Shown here: positions 1 through 13,558 of the stretch, piece after piece | How the letters are laid out: every line of letters begins with the position of its first letter | Numbering within the stretch: the stretch's first letter is position 1 | From: Azolla caroliniana | Lineage: Eukaryota > Plantae > Polypodiophyta | Length of the DNA stretch: 64,000 nucleotides | Reading direction: 5' to 3' | Assembly (NCBI GenBank): GCA_043228905.1 | Contig: JBHGNT010000003.1 | Coordinates: forward strand, 18,538,001 to 18,602,000 | Notes under the pieces: model-generated | Told to the model about the DNA's origin: nothing | Databases searched by the model: none | The model's input: the letters and a program-made list of their open reading frames with translations, nothing else | Position numbers and translations under genes: made by a program

Positions 1-894
1 GAGGTGCTGAAAGAAGAAAGCATAATCGAAGAAGAAGAATTCGTGTCATATATTCTAGAGGAAGCCTCATTTAACGACACCATTGGCGAAATCGAGGAAG
101 TCGTGGACTTGAGCTATCCTCACCATCAACATGTGATTTCGGTTAACTCCGTCAACATGTATACTATCATCGATGAATATCGTCAAGGCATCTTGATAGA
201 GGAAGCCGAAGTCAACACAAAATATAAAACTGTGGATAGGAAGATCAAGCCAGTTGCAATTCCGCTACCGGAAGATAGCTAGCAAAAGATGAAGGAAGTT
301 GCAAAAGATCCAAGCTTAAGGAACCCAAATACAATTGGTCACGTCTTCACTGAAGAGACAAAGGGAAAGCTACGGGTTGGAAGGGAGGATTTCCTCCTTC
401 CTGAAGAGGAGCAAATGTTCCGCGAAATGCTTCAAAGACATGGGAAGGCTTTCTCATTTTTCCCACAAGAAATCAGATGTGCGAATCCAAGGATGGTAGA
501 ACCAATGGTGATCTTCACGGTGCCGCATGTGCCTTGCAATTTGAAACCGATACCGGTTCCGAGAGCACACCTACCGAAGTTGATCGAGCTCTTAAAGGAG
601 AAGGTGAGGATGGGAATTTTGGAACCGTCGAACGCTCCTTATTCTAATAGATGGTTCACGGTGCCAAAGAAGAATGGATCGTTGTGATTCATTCAAGATC
701 TTCAACCTGTCAACAAGGTGACAATTCAGAATTCTGGAATCGGTCCGAGTGTGGATGAATTTGCCAAGGCGTTGTCGCGAAGTTTCGCGCATGCGTGTAG
801 GAAGAGGCGGGACCACGGGGGTCTTGGACTAGGGAGTGACGGAGCGTAGGAAGTTGTGCTTCACCATTTCCGAGGCATCCCAGATGCACACCGG

Positions 895-1220
895 AAGCAA
901 CCGAACGGGAGAGAGAAAGAGAGAGAGTGCGCGCTTGACACCGACTCACACCCACACACACACACACCACGCCGACCGAACTCACGCCCTTATGTATAGA
1001 AACGGAGGTAAGAGAACACCAAAACACCCACACAAACACTGATACGCAGAACCCTCAAGCAACCGAACGGGAGAGAGAAAGAGAGAGAGTGCGCGCTTGA
1101 CACCGACTCACACCCACACACACACACACCACGCCGACCAAACTCACGCCCTTATGTATAGAAACAGAGGTAAGAGAACACCAAAACACCCACACAAACA
1201 TTGATACGCAGAACCCTCAA
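895..1220. repeat. 162-bp tandem duplication inside the solo LTR
   Basis: AAGCAACCGAACGGGAGAG... at 895 and 1057, about 3 mismatches. Confidence 0.9.
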
Positions 1221-1644
1221 TGCATATATTACAAGACTAAGATACAATACTGGTATCGAGCCCGACCTAAGTAGCTCAGGTTACAACAGTCGTCTACTGC
1301 CAAGCCGCCGGTCGGGGAGCTCTTGAGCTTGTCGTGCCGAGCAAGGTCTTGCACAGAGAACAGGTAGAAAACAGGAACACGAGATGCCAAGGCTCGATAC
1401 TCAGAACGACGAAGAGGAAGAAGCAGAGGCAAGAAGAAGAAAAACGAAACCCTAAACAAGAGAAAAGAAAGAGGAAGAGAGAATGTTTCTTCCTCTAACG
1501 GTATACCCTACTACCAAAATGGGCAACCCCTTCACCAAGGGCACTCCCTTCCTTTTATAGAACAAGGAGAGGGATCCGTAGCATCGAGGGGTAAATCCCT
1601 TATTACATGGGATTCTTGTCCCGACTTGATTACTTTCGGCACCA

Positions 1645-1811
1645 TAAAGGCGCCCTCATTATTCACACTAAATGTACAAGGGTGAGCGCACATGCTGCAC
1701 CCCGCCGATGTAGCCAATATTTCCCGGTAAAGGCGCCCTCATTATTCACACTAAATGTACAAGGGTGAGCGCACATGCTGCACCCCGCCGATGTAGCCAA
1801 TATTTCCCGGT
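1645..1811. repeat. 83-bp tandem duplication inside the solo LTR U3
   Basis: TAAAGGCGCCCTCATT... at 1645 and 1728, identical copies. Confidence 0.9.
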
Positions 1812-4800
1812 TTCCGCCTCTGGCCGAAATTCTTCACGACAGCGTTTGCGGGCCGGTCCATCTACTCCATCGACGATCTCTACTCTAGCTATGATCAATT
1901 CCAGTTGGCGGTCGACAGTCGTGACATTACAACCATGAGAACTCCAATCGGGTTGGTGCGGATGTGTACCTTACCTCAAGGCGCAACGAACTCGGTGGCT
2001 CATATGGTGAATGCCATGAACAAGGTCTTGAAGGATTGCATCCTGGATATCACGATGTCATTCTTAGATGATATCCCGATAAAAGGATGTTCAGATGAAG
2101 AGAAGGATGAATCAAAAGATAAGGATGGATGTAGAAAGTTCGTCGTGGATCATATGAAAGATTGCGAGAAGGTGCTCCAAAGGCTCGAAGATGCGAATTT
2201 GACATTTTCGGGAGAAAAATCCGCATTCGGGCAACCAGAGATCTTGGTGGTAGGTCACTTGTGTGGAGCATACGGTCGGAGGCCCCGGGGTCCTGCCTCA
2301 ACTTCGCGTGTCCTCGTCGTATTTTCGCGACACCGGGAATTCTCTTGCCGGTACACACCACAGCAAAACGGTGTTGCCGAGTGGAAGAATCGCGCAATTC
2401 TTGAGATGGCCCGCACCATGCTACAGGAGAAGAACATGCCCAAGACCTATTGGGCAAAGGTAGCAGTTACGGCTGTGTATCTCATCAATAGATGCATGAC
2501 CGAAGGTGTCCATGACATCACCCCTCACGAGAAGTATTTTGGGACAAAGCTAGACCTTTCGCACTTGAAGGTTTTTGGCAGCATTGCATTTGTGCATGTC
2601 CCCGATGAGAAGCGGAGAAATCTTGACCCAAAATCGGAGAAGATGATCCTCGTCGGTTTACTCACTTGAGCAAAAGGGTTATACGTGTTTTAACCCCATC
2701 ACTCGACAGTCACGAGCAAGCCGAGATGTGGTATTTGATGAGGTGACATCATGGTATGGCCCAACATCAATGACCCCTGCCATGCTCGAAACAAGCAGAT
2801 CTAGAGCAGATTCTCAGAGTGAAGAAGAAGAGATGTTAACGACCATTATGGGTGGAGAACCAGCAGAGAGTTTACCCACACTCCAGTTGACTGGACCTGA
2901 GGTGTCATCCAGCAATCAGAGTCTTGCACAACATGAAGAAACCTCTGATGTGTTGTCACCTTGGTGCTACACTTGTAGAAAGAAGAGAAAGGGCAAGATG
3001 CATGAGCAAGAGGCCAAAGACATGACATCTAGTGAAGACTCGGATCATTCACCCTGATTGATCGACAACAAGTATGAAACGAAGAAGACCCCGGAAGTGA
3101 CCAATGGAAAATTCTGTCAATCGAACGGACAAAAGAACCGGATAGTTAGGTTCGGGTACAATGAGTACATGGCCCACCACTATGCATTCATGATGAAGGT
3201 CGGAACAGAACAAGAACCCGAGACTTACAAAGAAGCTGCCCAAGATCCCTGGTGGATCGAGGCAATGAGGGAGGAGATGCGCACGTTGTTTGACAATGAT
3301 ACTTGGGATTTAGTCCCATCCTTTGAAATCAAGAAAAAGCCAATTGGATGTCGCTGGGTGTTCAAGATAAAGTATAATACAGATGGCACGGTCAATCGGT
3401 TCAAGGCTCGGCTAATCGCTAAAGGGTATGCTCAAACCCATGGCATAGACTATGAGGAAAAATTTGCCCCGGTGGCAAAAATGACCACCGTGAGGACGGT
3501 AATTGCACTCGCAATACTGAAAGGGTGGCACTTGCATCAAATGGATGTGAAGAACGCATTCCTCCAAGGTGAGCTCGAGGAGGAAATTTACATGATGCAA
3601 CCACCTGACTTCGAATCAAACAAACATCCACATGCAGTTTGCCGATTGAAGAAGCCTCTCTATGGACTGAAGCAAGCCCCAAGAGCATGGCATTCAAAGA
3701 TCACATCATATCTTCACAACATTGGCTTCCGGATGTCAAAATCTGATAACTCATTGTATGTTCAGAATAATCCCAAAAGCCCCATCTTCTTAATCTTGTA
3801 TGTCGATGACCTTGTCATCGGTGGAGAAAGCCTCACCGAGATACAAAAGATTAAAAGCTACTTTTATAGAAGTTCGAGATGAAGGATCTGAATGACTTAC
3901 ATTATTTTCTCGGCATCGAGGTCATTCAAACTCCAAAAGGGTTCCTAGTCTCACAACGACACTATGTGTTGAACTTGCTCTACAGGTTCGGAATGACCGA
4001 GTGTAAGTCCATCTCGACACCCCTTGATCGAAATATGAAGCTAACTGCAGCTTCTGGAAAATTCTGCGAGCCGACACAGTATCGCAAAATAATTGGGAGT
4101 CTTATCTACTTAACTATCACTCGACCAGACCTCAGCTATCCGGTCGGGGTTCTTAGCCAGTTCATGGAAACCCCCCGTGACACTCACATAGATTATGCTA
4201 AGCGAGTGTTACATTATATTAGTGGAACACTTGATTATGGTATCTTCTATAAGCGTGGAGCACCACTTCGATTCAAAGACTTCATGGATGTTTATTGGGT
4301 GGGCAATGCATCTAATAGGCGATCCACTTCGGGGTTTATGTTTTCACTCGGTAATGGAGCAGTCTCTTGGAGCAGTAAGAAACAACCAATAGTCGCTCTA
4401 TCGAGCATTGAGGCGGAGTATAGGGCCGCAATTGTAGCTGCTTGGGAAGTTGTATGGTGTAAAAGACTGTTGAAAGACTTCAACGAATTGGTGAACAAGC
4501 CAATACTGATCCACTGCGATAATCTCAACAGCATCCGGCTCGCAAAGAATCCAGTGTTTCACGTCCGGATTAAGCACATAGAGGTGCACTATCATTACAT
4601 CCGTGAGCGCATATTGGCCGGCGACATTGACCTCCAATACGTTGGCACCAACATGCAAGTGGCTGATATTTTCCCTAAGGTGCTAGGTCTCAACAAGCTA
4701 CGACAATTCTTAGTGGATCTAGGCCTTAGACCACTCGGTATGCTGAGCTTGGGGGAGAGTACAAGTACAAAGACAAAGGAAAACATGGAGAATCAACACC

Positions 4801-5389
4801 ATACATGAGGAAGAGTGAGACCGCCATCGGCAAAGTAAGGCCGACACATCTAATCCAACTTCCAAAGCCCGGAATTTTTTGAAGCTCGAAATTTTGGATC
4901 GGTAAGATCGACATTGCTAGATCAAGATTGAGTACATAGGAACAATGGGAAAACCACGGTCTAGTAGTTCGACCAACTGCAATCAGGTCTTCAACTACAC
5001 CAAGACAACCAAGCCTAAGAGGACACACAATTGACCTTGAGGGGGCGTGTTGAGAATCAAGCTCAACTTGTGTGAACATGTGTTTATGAAGAAAAGGACG
5101 ATGTGTGAAAAAGTGTGTGAGCACACTTTATTGTTCCGGGTAGTTGTCAAGTGTTAATGTGGTCAAAGAATATTAGATATTCTTATGATAAAATTGTACT
5201 AAAGTGGATATCTTGATTAGATTCCACCAACACATTTAATATGGCAATCCCTTGAGGACTTGTATATAACACGTCCCCTTTGCCCATTCTGTTTTGTTGA
5301 TGATCTTTAGTTAATTAATATAACTCTCTTAAGTGCATAAGTTGTCATCCCCCTACTGTGTGTCTTCTTATTTTCTGGTTATTCTCTCT

Positions 5390-8300
5390 TGTTGAGCGGC
5401 AAGCTCAACCGGAGCCGGATCGGCTGAATAAGCCGGAGCCGGTAAGCGAGACGGATCGGGCGAAACGGATCGGTATTACGGTGAGCAACCGAACCGGCAA
5501 GCAGTGGAGGCCAGGTGCAATCCGTAACCGGAAGTCCAATCGGAAGCCTAAAATAGGATAGACTACTAGGTAGCTATAGTCTCGTAGTAAGTGTCAGATG
5601 CTCGTGTGAGCATTGAAGTACATGGTACTTCTGTCAGTCCCAAAAGGACTTGTATAAATAGTGCTACTTAGCACAGTGTGTGTACAGAGTCTTGATATAA
5701 TTTTGAAATTGTGTTCTGCTCTCTCTGTATCTCTCGCTCTCTCTCTCTCTCTGTGTTGTTCTCTGTTTTACGCTTCCGCAAACACTTACGTTTACATGGT
5801 ATCAGAGCGCGAGGGTTGAGAACCTCTGCTGCAGACATTTACTCTTGAGAAGAAAACCCTAACAGGTCGAAAACAGACACAGTAGAAGACATGGATAGAG
5901 GCATGGCTACGTCGCTCCCGGTGGAGAAGCTCGACAGGAGCAACTACGCATCCTGGTCTTACAAGATGCACCAGTACCTGCTTGGACACGGGTACTGGAG
6001 TTATGTCAAAGGAGCGAATGATGCGGCACCAGACTCGGCACACAAGGACTTCCTAGTATGGGAACAGGCGGCAAGCAGGGTGATGTACTGCTTCGTGTCT
6101 AGTGTTGGCGATCAGCTGCTCAGCCACATCCGTGATGCCAAGACACCGAAGGATGCTTGGGGGAACTTGAAAAAGGTTTTCGCCGCAAGCACCACTGCCC
6201 GGAAGTTGCAACTCAGACAGGAGTTGAGCAATGTTCGACAAAAGAACATGTCCGTGGCAGACTACACGGGCCGGATAAAGGAGATCTGCGACTCGCTCGC
6301 CTCTATCAATGTTACCGTAGAGGAAGACGAGATGGTGCAGGTATGTCTCGGAGGCCTGGCGTCCAAGTTCGGAGCGTTCCGGACTGCGGTGTGTACAAGG
6401 GAGAATACCCCCTCATTCTTCGACTTACAGTCGATGCTCCTTGTAGAGGAGAACCACGCCGGTGCATCTAACAGTGCATCCCCGGACAGCCGAATGCTAT
6501 ACACGGGAACGAATCGGCTCCGTGGGCGTGGTGGAAGAGGTGGGTCGGCACGCAATGGAGGCGGCCGGCAAGAGCAAGAATGGAGGCACTATGAGCGTGC
6601 CGACAACAGTTCCGGGACTTCCACAAGCAGGGGGAGTCAAGGCGGTGCCGAAGGCCGGCAAGACAAATCCGCTATGGAATGCTGGTACTGTGGCAAAAAT
6701 GGCCACAGGGAAAGCGAGTGCTGGAGAAAGCGTGCCGATTCGGACAAATCCGGATCCGCCAAGACCGGTAAGGATGGCCGACAAAACTCGCACTACGCAA
6801 ACGGATCAGGCGGATCCGGAACCGGAAAGGTCGGTAAGGGGCCAGCCTTGGTGATGAATCACAAGGCAAACTCAATGAAGAAGAACACTTCCAAAACAGA
6901 GGAAGTGTGGTATGTTGATTCCGGCGCGTCGAACCACATGACGAGCCACAAAGAGTGGTTCTCCTTTCTGGAGAAATCGGATCAACCAGGAGTAGTCGAA
7001 ACCGGAGACGACACTCCTCACCAAATCGTGCACGTCGGAGAAGTCCCTCTAAGCCACGTCGGACAGAAAGGGAAGTTGATGAACGTATTACACGTTCCGA
7101 CAATCACGAAGAACCTGGTGTCCGTCGGTCAGATTGTCGACCAGGGGATGCAGGTGCGGTTTACGCACCTCGGGTGCTTCATTGAGGATGAGGGCGAAGT
7201 CATTGCGCAAGGGCGCAGAGACGAGAGGATGTTTATCCTCAACACCAATGACTTTGGCACCGCTCTGTTCACGAAACAATAGAAGGTCGAGTTGGACATC
7301 GACCTGTGGCACAAGCGGATAGGCCATGTCAACTACCAGAGGCTTCAAGACCTGCAAACGAAACAAGTCGTTTTCGGTTTGCCGAAGTTCAGCGGTCGGA
7401 GAGCCGAAATTTGTGAAGCCTACCAACTTGGGAAGCAACATCGGCTTCCATTCCCCACCGAACGGAACCGGAGCCGTAACAAGCTCGATCTCATCCATTC
7501 GGATGTGTGGGGACCGGCACAAAGTGTAAGCCTTGGCGGGAGCCGATACTTCGTCTCCTTCATCGACGACTATACTCGACATACTTGGATCTACCTTGTT
7601 GAGCGGAAGAGCGAAGTATTCGACTGTTTCCGGAGCCTCCAGAAGATGGTGGAACGGGAATCGGAGAGGAAGATCAAGTGCCTTCGGTCGGATGGCGGAA
7701 AGGAATATTTTTCCGGCCAATTCACTAGTTATCTGCAGCAGAAGGGAATTCGGCGAGAGTTTAGCTGCAGATATACACCAGAGCAAAACGGTGTGGCCGA
7801 AAGGAAGAACCGGACACTCGTCGAAGCGGCAAGGGCAATGCTGACGGAGAAGAGCATGCCCCGGTTCTACTGGGCGGAGGCGGTCCAGACGACCGTCTAC
7901 ATACAAAACCGCATTGGTGACAAGGTGTCAGCTCATGAGCTGTATTTCGGGCGCAAGCCGAACTTAAAACACCTTCGGATATTCGGCAGCATAGCGTATG
8001 TGCATGTGCCGGATCAGAAGCGGAGAAAGCTGGATGCAAAATCGGAAAAATGCATCCTAGTCGGCTATGCTCAAGTGCAAAAGGGGTATAAGTGCTATAA
8101 TGCCCGGACGAAGGAAGTCCGAGTTAGCCAGGATGTCGAGTTCGATGAATCGGCATCCTGGTACTCCGTACTGACTCCGACTTCCGATCCCGACCCAATG
8201 CCGGAAGATCAGGCCAGTGAGCCTGAATCAGCCCTGGCAGAGGATGATGAAGCCGGGACTCAAGATGAGAGTCCGGAATCGTTACGGTTGAGTGGATCGA

Positions 8301-11300
8301 ATGAGCGATTGAGTTGGTTGGACCAGTCGGATGAAGAGACGGCAAGTGGTGGAGACTTTGTTGTGCTCTCCCCGTGCAAGGAACTGAGGAAACGGTTCAC
8401 GCGCAAAGAGAAGGGGAAGAGGAAGATGCCGGAATTCGAAACCGGCAACGATGAGTTGGATCGGTGCGTATCCGAATCTGGAAAGGAGAAAGGCGGATCT
8501 TCGGCAACGAAGACCGAACTGGCCAAGAAGGGCCTCAAATCAGGTGACGGTGCGTTGCGCCGATCAACTCGCTAGAAGGATCCCGTCATGCGGTATGGGT
8601 ACAATGAATACATGGCGCATCATTATGCGTACATGACAAAAGTGACAGAAGTGCGTGAGCCGGAGAGCTACACAGAAGCGGAAAAGGACGCAAATTGGCA
8701 TGCCGCTATGGACGAAGAAATGCGGGCACTCGATGCCAACGAAACTTGGGACCTAGTTGATCCTCCCCGTCACTGTAAACCGATCGGATGCAAGTGGGTG
8801 TACAAGGTCAAGTACAACGCCGATGGTTCTGTTAACCGGTACAAAGCCCGGTTAGTGGCGAAGGGATACGCGCAGACCCACGGAATCGACTACGACGAGA
8901 CCTTCGCTCCTGTGGCGAAGATGACGACGGTTCGTATGGTACTAGCGGTTGCTGCGGCAAGGGGGTGGCATCTTCACCAGATGGATGTGAAGAACGCCTT
9001 CCTTCAAGGCGAGCTTGAAGAAGAAGTCTTTATGACTCAACCCCCCAGATTTCAATCGGAGATGAACAAGTCGGCGGTATGCCGACTGAAGAAGTCGCTT
9101 TACGGCTTGAAGCAAGCCCCCCGAGCTTGGAACGCGAAGATCACGCACCGATTGCGTAAGCTGGGGTTTGCTATCTCTAAGTCGGACTCTTCGTTGTTCA
9201 TCCGGCACGGCTCTGACGGTCCGGTATGTATACTCTTGTATGTGGATGATTTAGTCATCACCGGACCGGGTCTTCCCGAAATCAACCGCGTCAAGTCCCA
9301 GTTATCGGACGCATTCGAAATGAAGGACCTGGGGGACCTTCATTATTTTCTTGGGATCGAAGTGATCCAGACCCCCGACGGCATATTGCTCTCACAACGA
9401 CATTACGTGTTGAATATACTGTATAAGTTCGGCATGACGGATTGCCGACCTGTCTCCACACCCCTGGACCGGAACCAGAAGCTCCGTCCCAATTCCGGAC
9501 CGGCCTGCAATGAGAAATGGTTCCGACAGGTTGTCGGAAGCCTGATCTACTTAACCATCACCCGACCCGACATCAGCTATCCGGTCGGCATGGTAAGCCA
9601 GTTCATGCAGAAGCCGACTGTGGAGCACCTTCAGTGCGCGCAACGAATATTACGGTATGTCAGCGGCACTAAGGACCGGGGACTGCTATACCGGCGAGGT
9701 ATACCCGAAGAGCTTGTCGGTTACATAGATGTTGACTGGGCCGGCGATGCGTCTAATCGCCGCTCCACTTCCGGATACATGTTCTCCATAGGTAGCGCGG
9801 CCATTGCGTGGAGTAGTAAGAAGCAGCCCACAGTGGCTTTGTCAAGCACTGAGGCTGAGTACCGGGCCGCTACCGTTGCCACTTGTGAAGCCATCTGGCT
9901 TCGGCGACTGCTGCGAGACTTGCGGATCGAGGTACCGACCCCGATCCCGATTTACTGCGATAACATGAGCAGCCTGCAACTCGCCAGGAACCCTGTGTTC
10001 CATGCTCGCACAAAGCACATCGAGGTGCACTACCACTTCGTGCGTGAGCGGGTCCTGAGCGGTGAAGTTGACCTACAGTATGTTCATAAGGATCGGCAAG
10101 TTGCCGACATCTTCACCAAGCCGCTCGGATCGGACAAGTTGCAGCACTTTACCGACATGCTTGGTATTCAGCATCTCGACGTGCCGCACTTGAGGGGGAG
10201 AAGCAAGGGCAAAGTCTCTACCGAAACGGGCAAAGGCCAAAAAACTGTTGAACACGTCGGTAAGAGGAGAGCCGGAAGAAGAGTAGACAAGAAGATGAAG
10301 GAAGCCGAGTCGACGAAGGAAGTCGACACATCCGAACAGGTCGGAGCAAGCGCCTGTAAAGAAGAGTTGTGCACTCAGGAAGAGAAGTGCATGTTGTGCG
10401 GAGGTCATCACGACGGTACTGACCATGATGTGGAGTTGAATGAAGAATTCGATTTCGGTTCACCGGCTGAAGAAGCCGAGGGAAGCATGGAGAAGGCCAA
10501 GACTCGGAAGTGGTCCGATGTGGTGAGAGGCCTGAAGCCGGAAGTCGAATCGGAGTGTACCGATTCAGACAAGAGCTGGAACGAGTCAGAGACAGCTGAC
10601 TCGGATCAACAGATGGATCCGGATGAGTCGGATCGACTGAAGGCCAAGGGGACACGGACACAACGGAAGTCGATGCCATCGTGGGAGAACCGACGGATCG
10701 GCAAGCGCCGGAGTCACAACAACGTGAGTGCTGAGATGGGCCTATTGAGCAGACATGCCGACCGAGAGGGTCGAGGCGCGCAGAACCAAAGGGGTCGCGG
10801 CAAACGAGACCGGACCGGACGAGGAGCGCGAGCAAGGCGGAGTGACGCGAGGAGAAGTCGGTTGGAAGAACCGACTGCCACAGAGGTCGACACTACGACC
10901 CCACCTCAGGTTGAGCTTGAGGGGGAGTGTTGAGCGGCAAGCTCAACCGGAGCCGGTAATCGAGACGGATCGGGCGAAACGGATCGGTATTACGGTGAGC
11001 AACCGAACCGGCAAGCAGTGGAGGCCGGGTGCAATCCGTAACCGGAAGTCCAATCGGAAGCCTAGTATAGGATAGACTACTAGGTAGCTATAGTCTCGTA
11101 GTAAGTGTCAGATGCTCGTGTGAGCATTGAAGTACATGGTACTTCTGTCAGTCCCAAAAGGACTTGTATAAATAGTGCTACTTAGCACAGTGTGTGTACA
11201 GAGTCTTGATATAATTTTGAAATTGTGTTATGCTCTCTCTGTCTCTCTCGCTCGCTCTCTCTCTCTCTCTCTCTGTTGTTCTCTGTTTTACGCTTCCGCA

Positions 11301-11316
11301 AACACTTATGTTTACA
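5390..11316 (+). mobile_element. Full-length Ty1/copia element B
   Basis: LTRs 5390-5796 and 10928-11316 (TG...CA; 24-bp indel between CCGGAGCCGG repeats). TSD TCTCT. tRNA-iMet PBS TGGTATCAGAGC at 5797-5808. PPT at 10919-10927. Confidence 0.95.
5891..10933 (+). pseudogene. Copia gag-pol polyprotein with two in-frame TAG stops (7280, 8573)
   Basis: Three ORFs in one frame: Gag, CCHC knuckle CWYCGKNGHRESEC, protease WYVDSGAS, GAG-pre-integrase, integrase, RT LYVDDL, RNase H, plus a ~245-aa C-terminal extension. Confidence 0.93.
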
Positions 11317-12566
11317 TCTCTAATTCCATCTCTTGCTTATACACTCACTCTCTCACACACAATACGCTTCTGAATACTCAACTCTACTAGAGTCAGATTC
11401 TTTACACTTCTTTACAATTGAAGACATATGCATAGTGTGAAAGTGTTTTTAGAATTCAAGCCATTGAACGTTACAAGAATATAAGGTATGGAGCATTCAC
11501 ATTTGGAGGCAAAGAACACGAACCAATATCTTAAGAAGAAGTCAAAAGTAAAAGTAAGATACATAGAGAAAAGTAAAAAGAGAAAAAGCGGGTCATAAAA
11601 AATATTAAAAAAGGAATGGTTAGAACTCTTTCGTTTGTAACCCAAATATCATGTTTAAATATGGGTTAGAAAGCTTGTAAAGAGAGCTATCTATATTGTT
11701 TTAAATCTCTAAATTTGGAACTTGGATGAGGGAGATATGAAGATTAGAAGGTCGTTGGGTCTTAGCTAAAAATAGGAGATAAAAAGCTTCTAAAAATAGC
11801 GTGAACGAGGAAGAAGAAAAAAATTATAAAAGAGGAAGTGATAGTCTTAAAAGTGGGGTCCTAATAGAGAAAGGATCCTAATAGAGGAGGATGAGTCTTG
11901 GGAAGAGGTGTCTTAGTGGAAGAGGAAAGGTCTTAGTAGTGGGTTTGAGTGATTGGAAGTAAGATTGTCTTTGGTTTTTAAGTTCATTGTGGAGTTTATC
12001 CTCTTTGTATTGACTTGAAGTGGAATATTATAACATTCTTATCTCTTTCTCATCTTCCCTACCTTTTATCTTAATTTCTTGAGTTTTCCTCTCTAAATTG
12101 TAGTTACCTAGATCTAGGTTATATAATAGATTGTTTAATGATGCATTGCAATATGGTATGTCGTATGATTGGACTATAAAGTGGATCAAACCTTTACATA
12201 AAGGTGGAGATGAAAATAATGTAAACAACTATCAAACCATCATGGTTGGCTCATTAATGGCAAAACTATTTGGATGTATAATGGAATCAAAGATCTAACT
12301 GTATGGGTTGAAAAAAATGGTAAGAGAGCTTATGGACAAACTAACTTTCGAAAACTAATAGCACCATTGATCACTTTATCACTCTGTGAGTATTAATGGA
12401 GGAAAATCAGCTTGGAGGCAAAGGTTTATATTGTTGCTTTGTTGTAGACTTCAAGAAAGCTTTTGATATGGTATCTTGTGAGCATCTTTGGAGGCGAATG
12501 GAAGAACTCGAGGTGCCAAGTGAATATATGAGAAGGTTATATGTTGTGTGCGTATGAGAGACAAAT

Positions 12567-13029
12567 TGTCATAGACACGATGAAATGTAAGGGGTTGAAC
12601 CCATGACCTCCTGGTCTTATTAGGCAACTTTACCAATTGAGCTACAGCCATCTATGCTTTATTATATTGTATAAGTTTCAAATTATTATATTCTATGTTA
12701 ATCACTAGAACTTTCAAGAAACTTCTAGAGAATGCATCTTCATGCACTCTCTAGAAGTTTCCATGCACTCTCTAGATATTTCCTAGCTTGCATGCATACC
12801 ACCACATTCTTGTATAAATACTTCGGTGCACCTTGATTACAATCAAGGTGAACAACACCAGTTACAGAAGCATAATTTAGTTCTTGCTCTTTTGGCTACC
12901 TTCTCTCTCTCTTGTTCTCTTGTCTATGCTCTCTCTCTCTATATATATATATATATCTATCTATCTTTCGTTCTCTCTTAATATTTAGCTCGCCTACTTA
13001 TCCCTGTCCTGGTCTACCCGTCCATGACA
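12567..13029 (+). mobile_element. Solo LTR (TGTCAT...ATGACA), related in layout to the LTRs at 19355
   Basis: TSD CAAAT/CAAAC, TATA box near 12813, CT-rich U5. Interrupts the LINE RT. Confidence 0.8.
12580..12651 (-). promoter_or_regulatory. tRNA-derived Pol III type-2 promoter-like cassette in LTR U3
   Basis: Minus strand reads TAGCTCAATTGGTAAAG...AGGTCATGGGTTCAACCCC. A box 12644-12633, B box 12601-12591, tRNA-like spacing. Confidence 0.7.
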
Positions 13030-13558
13030 CAAACTTTCAAAATTTTTCAATAGCACTATTGGTGTTAAGCAAGGTTGCCCACTCTCACCAACACTATTCG
13101 GTCTATGCATTGATGAATTAGAAGAAATGGTTAAAGGAAGAATGTGTTGAAGACGTTGTCATTGGGAATGTTGTCATTATGCTTTTGCTATATGCGGATG
13201 ATGTAGTGTTTTTTGCAAATACTTTAGGAGATACACAAAAGCTTATGAAAGCATTGGAAATTTTTTGCATGCATACTAATTAAGTGTCAATAGCTCTAAA
13301 ACAAAGATTATGATTGTGAAGAGCCAAAAAAGAGATAAACCATGCATTATGTACAATAATCAGCCATTTGAATGTGTGAAAAGCTTCAAATATCTTAGCC
13401 TTGAAATTCCTTCAAATCATTGAATGAATGAATGTGCTACACGTCGCTAAGAGGCAGGTAAGCGAGCATACTATGCATTTGAGAACACATGCAATCATGG
13501 AGATATTAAGTGTTGGGTCCTGTAAAGAATGAGAGGCGTAGGTGATGTTGTGTAGCAG

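Larger units (their letters stand above)
773..1841 (-). mobile_element. Solo LTR of the TGTCG...CGACA gypsy family
   Basis: Reverse complement starts TGTCGTGAAGAA like the LTRs at 31076 and 53534. 4-bp TSD GCGT at 769-772 and 1842-1845. Removing it restores the RT codons EFAKAFAGRSIYS. Confidence 0.9.
1..2332 (+). mobile_element. Ty3/gypsy (Trp-primed family) remnant: pol linker and RT N-terminal half, deleted into the last ~50 bp of the 3' LTR
   Basis: ORFs 4-282, 289-687 and 1905-2280 match the pol of the elements at 31076 and 53534 (TKYKTV..KPVA, EPMVIFTVPHVP, TLPQGATNSVAHM, FLDD). After GHLCGAYGR the sequence jumps to an LTR-end motif ending TTTCGCGACA at 2332. Confidence 0.85.
2333..11416 (+). 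mobile_element. Ty1/copia element A, 3' part (INT-RT-RNase H, frameshifted). 3' LTR 5048-11416 is interrupted by element B
   Basis: YTPQQNGVAE, LHQMDVKNAFL, LYVDDL, KHIEVHYH motifs. PPT GAGGGGGCG at 5039-5047. LTR runs TGTTGAGAATC...TTCTTTACA. Confidence 0.88.
12110..13520 (+). mobile_element. Degenerate LINE (non-LTR) reverse transcriptase fragment
   Basis: Hand translation gives DWTIKWIKPLHKGGD..NNYQTI, DFKKAFD, GVKQGCPLSPTLF and LLYADDV, with many frameshifts. Boundaries approximate. Confidence 0.85.

Noticed and set aside
1905-2669. 254-aa ORF as a real gene
   Set aside because: Chance read-through across gypsy RT, an LTR end and copia integrase.
7088-10835. Long antisense ORFs (272 aa, 205 aa) in copia B, and similar ones in the gypsy elements
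   Set aside because: Expected shadows of GC-rich coding sequence; no recognisable motifs.
11417-12100. AT-rich segment with short ORFs
   Set aside because: Possibly a decayed TE, but I could not identify any motif.
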